A stretch of DNA of 24,105 bases from Candidatus Brocadiia bacterium. Its GTDB lineage: Bacteria; Planctomycetota; Brocadiia; CAIUPP01. Positions 17,584 to 24,105 of the stretch are shown here, piece by piece. Both the position numbers and the translations under genes were made by a program. Position 1 is the stretch's first letter. Each line of letters starts with the position of its first letter. The notes below the pieces were generated by a model that was given only the letters and a program-made list of their open reading frames with translations, was not told where the DNA came from and did no database searches. The stretch is taken from the NCBI GenBank assembly GCA_050015075.1, contig JBEKCB010000047.1, forward strand, positions 1-24,105. Reading direction: 5' to 3'.

Positions 17584-18597
17584 TTACTTTCCGCCCGCGC
17601 CGCCGAGCGCCAGAACGATTCCGCCGGTCGCGAGCAGGTTCAGCAGCGCCAGCGGCAGCATCACCTTCCACCCGAACGCCATGAGTTGATCGTACCTCGG
17701 TCGGGGCAGCGCGGCCCGCGCGAGGATGAACAGGCAGATGAAGAACAGGGTCTTGAGAATGAACCAGAGAGCAGGCAGCAGCGCCGACGCGACGGCGCTT
17801 GCGGAGCCGCTTGCAGGGTCGAAGAGCGCCGGGCCGAGCCATCCGCCGAAGAACAGCGTTACGATCAGCGCGGAGGTCACCGTGATGCCGAGGTACTCGC
17901 CGATGAAGAACATGGCGAACTTGAATCCGGAGTATTCCGAATGGTAACCGGCGACGAGTTCGGCCTCCGCCTCGGGCAGGTCGAACGGCAGACGGTGTGC
18001 CTCGGCGAGGCCCGCGATGAAGAAGATCACCAGGCCGGGCAGTTGCGGGATGCAGAACCACAGCCGCTGCTGCGCCCTCACGATCTCGCTCAGGTTGAAC
18101 GACCCGGCCAGCGTGACCACGCCCATCAGCGACAGGCCCATGAAGACCTCGTAGCTGAGCATCTGCGCGGCGGCGCGCATTCCGCCGAGCAGGGCGTATT
18201 TGTTGTTCGACGACCAGCCCGCCAGCGCCACGCTGTAAACGCCCATCGAGGACATCGCCAGGAAGAACAGCAGCCCGATGTTGAGATCGGCCACCACGAA
18301 CCCCGGCGCGAAGGCGATGACGGAGTACGACATCAGCACCGTGATGAGGATCACCGCCGGCGCGACCACGAATACCGGCTTGTCCGCAAGGGGCGGAATC
18401 CAGTCCTCTTTCATGAAGATCTTGATCATGTCCGCGACGCCCTGGAGCAGCCCGAACGGCCCGAGCCGGTTCGGACCCCATCGGTCCTGGAAGAGCGCGA
18501 GCAGCCGGCGCTCGACCCAGATCAGGCCGCCCGCGAACGTCAGCGACCCGAAGAGGACGACCAGTACGATGATAAGATGTCGCAGAATTTCGTTCAT
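17584..18597 (-). CDS. nuoH: NADH-quinone oxidoreductase subunit H
   Basis: [83 protein letters not shown]; ATG 18597 lies just after the nuoG stop. Confidence 0.97.
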   Translation of the reverse strand: MNEILRHLIIVLVVLFGSLTFAGGLIWVERRLLALFQDRWGPNRLGPFGLLQGVADMIKIFMKEDWIPPLADKPVFVVAPAVILITVLMSYSVIAFAPGFVVADLNIGLLFFLAMSSMGVYSVALAGWSSNNKYALLGGMRAAAQMLSYEVFMGLSLMGVVTLAGSFNLSEIVRAQQRLWFCIPQLPGLVIFFIAGLAEAHRLPFDLPEAEAELVAGYHSEYSGFKFAMFFIGEYLGITVTSALIVTLFFGGWLGPALFDPASGSASAVASALLPALWFILKTLFFICLFILARAALPRPRYDQLMAFGWKVMLPLALLNLLATGGIVLALGGAGGK

Positions 18598-18598
18598 G

Positions 18599-21376
18599 CT
18601 AACCCTTGACCGCCGCCGACCGGCCATCCTCCGTCGGCGCTTTACCCCGCAGCGCGGCCCACGCGGGCAGCGATACGGTGGGCATGCCCGGCAGACCGAC
18701 CGGCAACCCGGCCAGGCCGGGCGCGAGTGCCGGCGCGGATTTCGCCGGGAGGCGCAGCGTCACTCCAACCAGGCTCAGTTCGATTTCATCTCCGTCGGCG
18801 GCGCCGAGGCGCTTCAGGTCTTCCGGCCGCAGCGCCAGGTAGAGTTTCGGCGCCAATTCGGCCACGCCGCGCGAGCGGACGCTCAATTCCTCCGACCCGA
18901 AAACGTGATACAGCGGCACGACCAGCCATTCGCCGGCGCGGGCCTTGAACGCGGGCGGCACGGTCTCATCGCCTGCGGCGCCCATGGACTTCGGCGAGGG
19001 CTCGATCAGGCGCCGGCCCGGATCGCCGCCGTGAAGCGGGCCGCCGGCCTCATCCTGGAACTTGGTCACTGCCTGCACCGAGTTCCAGCCCGGCGCCCAG
19101 AAGCGCGGGATCAGCGCGGGCGGCGGCTCGCCGGAAAATCCCTCCATGGAGAAAGCCAGCGCCGAATCCGGGTCGTCCGGCGGCTGCGGCTCGTGCACGT
19201 TCGCGTCCGCGTGCATTGCCGTGCGCCCGCTGTAGCGATGCGGCTGGCGCGGTATTTTCCGGCCAAGCGCGCGGAACCCGGCCGGCGGCGCAATTCCCGG
19301 GACCGCGCCGAAGCAGGGCAGCTCGCGCGCCATGGCCGCCATAACGTCGTCCAGGTTCCGCCACGGCGTAAACTCGGCGAAGCCGGACGCGCGGCCGATG
19401 TCGCGCAGCCAGCGCCAGCTTTCGCGGACGGACGCAGAACCCGGATCGAGCACCTTGAAGAACCGCTGTGCGCGGCCTTCATTGTTCACCAGCGTGCCCT
19501 CGGACTCGGCGAATGTCGCGGCCGGGAGCGCCATTTCCGACCGCGCCGCCGTCGCGTGCGCGAGGTGGTCCAGCACGATCACGTGCCGCGCCGCGTGGAG
19601 CAGCGCGTCCACGGACGCCGCGTCCGCGCGACGGTAAAGGTCGTTCTCCAGAACGATCAGAGCATCCGCGCCGCCGTCCTGAACCGCCTTCAGCGCCGAT
19701 GCGATGCCGCCGGCGGCGTCCATCATCGCCAGCCCTGCGCTGTTGCACTCCGGCGCGGTGAAGCACAGCCCCGCATTCCGCCCGGCTGCGACCAAGGCGC
19801 GGGCGACGGCCGCGGCGGCCTGCATCACCTTCTCACTGCCGCAGCCCGGGCCGGAGACGACGATCGGCCGCTCCGCGCGCATGAGCGTTGCGGCGATTTG
19901 TTCGGCCAGCGCGAGGGATTCCGCCGGAAGTTCGGAAACAGCAGGCGAACCCGGGCTGATCGCGTGTGCGACCGCGAATCCCAACCGCGCCGTATCGTCC
20001 GGCGAGGCGGGCGAAGTGCGCGCGGCGATGTCGCGAAGCCGAGTCTCGGTCGGCGCGGAGATGAAGAGCGGCGCTTTCTCGATGGGCACGGCCGAGAAGC
20101 GCGCGGCCGAATCGCGGACGGCGGTGTCTTCCCAGCGCGGGATGCCCACCTTGGCGGCGCTTCTGATCTCGCCCTGGAGGATGACCTGGCGCAGGGAGAA
20201 GGCCAGCATCGGCGCGACGTTCGGGACGTTCTCGCCCAGCACCAGCGCCGCATCGGCGCGCGCCACGTCCTGGAGCGAAGGCGTGCGCGCCGGGCTTTCC
20301 CGGAGCAGTTTCACGGCGGTCACCATGAGACCATGGTCTCGTTCGGACAGGCCCGCGAAAAAGCGCTCCGGCCCGACGAGCGTCCGCAGGGCGAAATTCG
20401 CTTCCAGCGACGCGCGCGGCGATCCGACGCCGATGATGCGCCGCCGGTCGCGGCGAAGAATTTCGCCGAGGTACTGCAGCGCGCTCTCGCGCGTGATCGC
20501 CTCTTTCTCGCCGGCGTCGCCGCGCCGCAGCGGCTGGCGGATGCGGCTGGAGGAGTTCACGAACTCGTAGCCGTACCGCCCGCGGTCGCACAGGAAATAG
20601 CCGTTCACCTGGCCGTTGAAGCGGTTGCGGATGCAGCGCAGCAGGCCGTAGCGCTCGCCCGGAATCGTATTGCAGCCGAGCCCGCAATGGACGCAGATCG
20701 AGGGCGCGGTCTGCATGTCCCATTTCCGCGTGTAGTGCTCCTTGAGCGTCTTGTCGGTGAAGACGCCGGTCGGGCAGACCTCGACGAGGTTGCCGCTGAA
20801 CTCGCTTTCAAGGGCGCCGTCGCGCTCGCGGCCGAAATAGACGTAATGGTGCGCGCCGAGCGCCTCCAGGTCGCGGCCGCCGGCGTAATCGCGATAGAAC
20901 CGCACGCAGCGGTAGCAGGCAATGCAGCGGTTCATCTCGTGGTTGACGAACGGGCCGAGGTCCTGGTTCCGGTGCGTGCGTTTTTCGAAGCGGAACCGGC
21001 GATACGTTTGGCCGGTCATGACCGTCATGTCCTGCAAGTGGCACTCGCCGCCCTCGTCGCAGATCGGGCAGTCGTGCGGATGATTGGTCATGAGGAGTTC
21101 GGCGACCAGCTTGCGGAAGGCGACGGCTTCCGGGTCGTCAATCGAAATGCGCGTCCCTTCCGCGGCGGGCGTCATGCAGGCCATGACGATGCGGCCCTTC
21201 TTGTCCTCGGCGTTCTTGAACTGCTTGACGGCGCACTGGCGGCATGCGCCGACGGAATGCATCGCGGGATGCCAGCAGAAGTAAGGGATGTCGAAGCCGA
21301 GGGACAGGCACGCCTGGAGAAGGTTCTGGCCGTCCTCGACGCGGTACGGCGCGTTGTCAACGAAAATCGTCGGCAT
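18599..21376 (-). CDS. nuoG: NADH-quinone oxidoreductase subunit G (long, E. coli-type with N7 cluster motif)
   Basis: N1b CWHP...GACRQC...MAC; N5 [14 protein letters not shown]; N4 CIACYRC...VCPTG; N7 CVHCGLGC...LCDRG; 925 aa. Confidence 0.97.
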   Translation of the reverse strand: MPTIFVDNAPYRVEDGQNLLQACLSLGFDIPYFCWHPAMHSVGACRQCAVKQFKNAEDKKGRIVMACMTPAAEGTRISIDDPEAVAFRKLVAELLMTNHPHDCPICDEGGECHLQDMTVMTGQTYRRFRFEKRTHRNQDLGPFVNHEMNRCIACYRCVRFYRDYAGGRDLEALGAHHYVYFGRERDGALESEFSGNLVEVCPTGVFTDKTLKEHYTRKWDMQTAPSICVHCGLGCNTIPGERYGLLRCIRNRFNGQVNGYFLCDRGRYGYEFVNSSSRIRQPLRRGDAGEKEAITRESALQYLGEILRRDRRRIIGVGSPRASLEANFALRTLVGPERFFAGLSERDHGLMVTAVKLLRESPARTPSLQDVARADAALVLGENVPNVAPMLAFSLRQVILQGEIRSAAKVGIPRWEDTAVRDSAARFSAVPIEKAPLFISAPTETRLRDIAARTSPASPDDTARLGFAVAHAISPGSPAVSELPAESLALAEQIAATLMRAERPIVVSGPGCGSEKVMQAAAAVARALVAAGRNAGLCFTAPECNSAGLAMMDAAGGIASALKAVQDGGADALIVLENDLYRRADAASVDALLHAARHVIVLDHLAHATAARSEMALPAATFAESEGTLVNNEGRAQRFFKVLDPGSASVRESWRWLRDIGRASGFAEFTPWRNLDDVMAAMARELPCFGAVPGIAPPAGFRALGRKIPRQPHRYSGRTAMHADANVHEPQPPDDPDSALAFSMEGFSGEPPPALIPRFWAPGWNSVQAVTKFQDEAGGPLHGGDPGRRLIEPSPKSMGAAGDETVPPAFKARAGEWLVVPLYHVFGSEELSVRSRGVAELAPKLYLALRPEDLKRLGAADGDEIELSLVGVTLRLPAKSAPALAPGLAGLPVGLPGMPTVSLPAWAALRGKAPTEDGRSAAVKG

Positions 21377-21379
21377 TCG

Positions 21380-22660
21380 TCATCTCCACGGACAGCGCTT
21401 CTCGGCGATGTGGCGCTCGAAATCGGCACGGAAAAGCCTCAGCGCGCTGGCCAGCGGCTCGGCGGCGCCGAGCGCAAGAGCGCAGAACGTCAAGCCCGGC
21501 CCCATGGACTTGGCGAGGCCGGCGAGCGTCTCGAGGTCGCCGGGCCGGCCCTCGCCCTCCTCGATCGCCTGCAGCAGCCGCGCGGCCCACGCCAGTCCGT
21601 CGCGGCAGGGCGTGCACCAGCCGCAGGATTCCCGCGCGAAAAAACGTTCGAGGTTGAGCACCATGCCGACCGGGCAGGTCTTGTCGTCGAGGACCACCAG
21701 CGCGCCGGTGCCGAGCCGGCTGCCGACCTTCTCCAGCGACCCGAAATCCATCTTCACGTCCATTGAACTTTCCGGAACGAAGTCCGTCGAGGCGCCGCCG
21801 GGCAGGGCGCCGCGGAAGCGGAAGCCCTCGCGCATGCCGCCGGCGTGCCCTTCGATCACCTCGCGCATCGGCGTGCCCATCGGCAGTTCCCACAGCCCGG
21901 GATTTTTCACCCGTCCGCTGGCGCTGTAGAGTTTCGTTCCGCTGTCCGCGCCCAGGCTCAGCCCGGCGAACCATTCGGGCCCGTGCAGGACGATGTGCGG
22001 CACGTTGGCGACGGTCTCGACGTTATTGACGATCGTCGGCTTGCCCCAGTGCCCGCAGACGGTCGGGTGAGGCGGCTTGGCGCGCGGGACGGCGCGGCGG
22101 CCCTCGAGCGAATTGATCAGCGCCGACTCTTCGCCGCAGATGTACCGGCCCGCGCTGATGTGCAGGTGCAGCGGCAGGCTGTAACCCGAGCCGAGGATGT
22201 TGTTGCCGAGGTACCCGCCGGCGGTTGCCTCGGATATGGCCTTCTCCAGCGCGCGCGCGGCCTTGCGATATTCCCAGCGCAGGAAGATGAACGCGACGTC
22301 GGCCAGGATGGCGTAGGAAGTGAGGATGACGCCTTCGATGATCTGGTGCGGATCGCCTTCGAGGAGATAGCGGTCCTTGAAAGTCCCCGGCTCGGTCTCA
22401 TCGGCGTTGAGAATGAAGTATCTCGGGCGCGGCGCGTCATTTCCCAGCGGCACGAAGCTCCACTTATTGCCGGTCGGGAACCCGGCGCCGCCGCGGCCGC
22501 GGAGACCGGACTTCTTCACCGCCTCCTGGACAGCCTGCGGCGTCATCGAGGAGAGCGCCTTGCGCAGCGCCTGGTAGCCGCCCGCCTGTTCGTAAGCTTT
22601 CAGGTCGAGCGGGTCCCGCCCCGGCCGGATATTTCGCGTCAGCACGATCTCCGCAGGCAT
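21380..22660 (-). CDS. nuoF: NADH-quinone oxidoreductase subunit F
   Basis: GLRGRGGAGFPTG, NADETEPGTFKDR, GRYICGEE, NNVET; N3 motif ESCGWCTPCRDG...TFCAL. Confidence 0.97.
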   Translation of the reverse strand: MPAEIVLTRNIRPGRDPLDLKAYEQAGGYQALRKALSSMTPQAVQEAVKKSGLRGRGGAGFPTGNKWSFVPLGNDAPRPRYFILNADETEPGTFKDRYLLEGDPHQIIEGVILTSYAILADVAFIFLRWEYRKAARALEKAISEATAGGYLGNNILGSGYSLPLHLHISAGRYICGEESALINSLEGRRAVPRAKPPHPTVCGHWGKPTIVNNVETVANVPHIVLHGPEWFAGLSLGADSGTKLYSASGRVKNPGLWELPMGTPMREVIEGHAGGMREGFRFRGALPGGASTDFVPESSMDVKMDFGSLEKVGSRLGTGALVVLDDKTCPVGMVLNLERFFARESCGWCTPCRDGLAWAARLLQAIEEGEGRPGDLETLAGLAKSMGPGLTFCALALGAAEPLASALRLFRADFERHIAEKRCPWR

Positions 22661-22668
22661 CGCTTCCC

Positions 22669-23133
22669 TCAGGAATACTTCGCCAGGATATCGTCCACTT
22701 TCGGCGGAGTCAGGTTGCCGTAAAGCTCCTCGTCAATCATCATCGCGGGCGCCAGGTCGCAGGCGCCGAGGCACGACACGGGCAGCAGCGTGAAACGGCC
22801 GTCGGCGCTCGTCTCGCCGAGCCGGATGCGCAGTTTCGCGCGGAGATGTTCGCGGATCGCGTCGTAGCCCATCGTCCAGCAACTCACGCTGTCGCAGATC
22901 AAAATGACGTGCCGTCCGACCGGGCGGCGGAAGATCAGGCTGTAGAACGTGGCGACGCCTTCCACCTCGGCCGGCGTCATCTCCAGGACCTCGGCCACGT
23001 CGCGCACAGTCTCGTCCGAGACCCAGCCGCGGCGGCGCTGGACCATTTTCAGCACCTCGATGACCGCGCCGCGCTTGCGCTCGTAACGCGCGCACTCCGC
23101 CTGGATCGCCGTCTTTTCTTCCGATGTCAGCAT
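22669..23133 (-). CDS. nuoE: NADH-quinone oxidoreductase subunit E
   Basis: EGVATFY..IFR.PVGRHVI; 2Fe-2S ligands CDSVSC and CLGAC; DGRFTLLP. Confidence 0.97.
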   Translation of the reverse strand: MLTSEEKTAIQAECARYERKRGAVIEVLKMVQRRRGWVSDETVRDVAEVLEMTPAEVEGVATFYSLIFRRPVGRHVILICDSVSCWTMGYDAIREHLRAKLRIRLGETSADGRFTLLPVSCLGACDLAPAMMIDEELYGNLTPPKVDDILAKYS

Positions 23134-23149
23134 CTTCAGTCGTCCATCC

Positions 23150-23701
23150 TCACCGGTCCACGTCGGCCAGAACGAAATCTATACTGCCGAGGATTGAGAA
23201 CAGGTCCGCCAGCATCCGGCCGCGGCACATCAGCGGCAGCATCTGGATGTGCGGGAACGACGGCGTCCGAATGCGCGTTCGATACGAAACGGTGCTGCCG
23301 TCACTGACGAGGTAGTAGCCGTTGTTGCCCTTGGTCGCCTCGATCCCGAAGAACGCCTCGCCCGGCGGAATCACCGGCCCCCAGCTCACGCTGAGGAAAT
23401 GCGTGATGAGCGTCTCGATGTCGTGCAGCGTCCGCTCCTTCATCGGCGGCGTGGCCAGCGGATGGTCCGACTTGTAAGGGCCGGCGGGCATGCCGTCGAG
23501 GCACTGGGCGATGATGCGCAGGCTCTGGTGCATTTCGGCGACGCGCACGACGGCGCGGTCGTAGGAGTCGCCGTTCTGCGCGGTCGGGATGTCGAACTCG
23601 AACCGCTCGTAGCCGGAGTAGGGGCGCTTCTTGCGGAAGTCCCACTCGAACCCGCACGCGCGCAGGCCCGGGCCGGTCATGCCCCACTCGATCGCCTCGT
23701 C
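23150..23701 (-). pseudogene. nuoD: 3' fragment (183 aa) of NADH-quinone oxidoreductase subunit D (NuoCD type); N-terminal part missing
   Basis: [69 protein letters not shown]...[23 protein letters not shown]; matches the recalled E. coli NuoCD C-terminus and sits directly upstream of nuoE. Confidence 0.93.
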
Positions 23702-23959
23702 CTTTGAAGCGACGTCGATCAGCCAGTAGCCGCCGATAATCTCCTTTGCCTCGGTGAATGGGCCGTCGGTGACGGTGACCTTGCCACCGGCTCCCGTAAT
23801 GCGAGCCCCTTTCGAGGTGGCATGCAGGCCGTCGAGCGACAGCAGCACGCCGGCGTTCGTCAGCTCCGCGTTGTAGGCGGTCATCGCTGCGACCGCCTCT
23901 GGGTCCGGCATCCAGTCCTTCTCGTCAATGTTCGGGATCATGAACAACATGAAACGCAT
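23150..23959 (-). CDS. In-frame chimeric ORF (269 aa): YciI/DGPF N-terminus fused to NuoD C-terminus
   Basis: Continuous frame from ATG 23959 (SD GAAAGGA 8 nt upstream) to TGA 23150; sequence character switches at DEAIEW (23701-23684). The ORF is certain in this sequence; whether it exists in the organism is doubtful. Confidence 0.6.
   Translation of the reverse strand: MRFMLFMIPNIDEKDWMPDPEAVAAMTAYNAELTNAGVLLSLDGLHATSKGARITGAGGKVTVTDGPFTEAKEIIGGYWLIDVASKDEAIEWGMTGPGLRACGFEWDFRKKRPYSGYERFEFDIPTAQNGDSYDRAVVRVAEMHQSLRIIAQCLDGMPAGPYKSDHPLATPPMKERTLHDIETLITHFLSVSWGPVIPPGEAFFGIEATKGNNGYYLVSDGSTVSYRTRIRTPSFPHIQMLPLMCRGRMLADLFSILGSIDFVLADVDR
23684..23959 (-). pseudogene. 5' fragment (92 aa) of a YciI/DGPF-domain protein; C-terminal strand missing
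   Basis: [49 protein letters not shown]; the usual continuation (A.R.P....IEVR) is replaced by NuoD sequence. Confidence 0.9.
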
Positions 23960-24033
23960 TTGCTTCATCCTTTCGTCTCGCCCGGGCTGGAGCGGATCGG
24001 GCTTTCCACTTCTTTCGTCGCTCCACTGATGCA

Positions 24034-24060
24034 GTCGAACGAGTCGGCGCAAAATCGACA
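24034..24060 (-). promoter_or_regulatory. ECF42-type sigma promoter upstream of the YciI/DGPF gene
   Basis: Minus strand reads TGTCGA-ttttgcgccgactcgtt(17 nt)-CGAC, matching the recalled ECF42 consensus (-35 TGTCGA, -10 CGA/TC); ECF42 factors are typically linked to DGPF genes. Confidence 0.7.
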
Positions 24061-24105
24061 CGCGAGATCGATGTCAAGCATCCGATGTGAGCGGAGGAGG
24101 CGGTG

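Noticed and set aside
23150-23701. NiFe-hydrogenase large subunit or a novel complex-I-like module
   Set aside because: The C-terminus is DFVLADVDR with no CxxC nickel ligands; it is an ordinary NuoD fragment.
23960-24061. N-terminal extension of the fusion ORF to 24061 as in the ORF track
   Set aside because: That stretch holds the predicted promoter and SD; ATG 23959 gives the typical MRFML start of DGPF proteins.

Overview
High-GC bacterial window, mostly coding. Left to right: tRNA-Gln(TTG); a DegT/DnrJ-family PLP aminotransferase and a PIG-L-family deacetylase (+); a GTAG-type REP doublet; and a large secreted repeat protein of unknown function (-). Back-to-back sigma70-like promoters precede a + strand cluster of short 'animal-type' transketolase, rpiB, an MmgE/PrpD protein, an Hsa32-like ComA homologue lacking the canonical catalytic Lys, and a secreted S10 carboxypeptidase. 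Converging on it is an E. coli-type complex I operon (nuoE-N intact, - strand), with two heptamer-repeat palindromes bracketing nuoJ. Upstream of nuoE, only the C-terminal 183 codons of NuoD are present. They are fused in frame to the N-terminal 92 codons of a YciI/DGPF protein that has an ECF42-type promoter, joined at a DEAIEW motif that fits both families. This is most likely a microhomology assembly chimera, or else a real deletion. The best candidates for undescribed biology are the PrpD + ComA/Hsa32-like pair and the mirror-symmetric short-repeat palindromes. Family assignments rest on motif recognition from memory; no searches were run.
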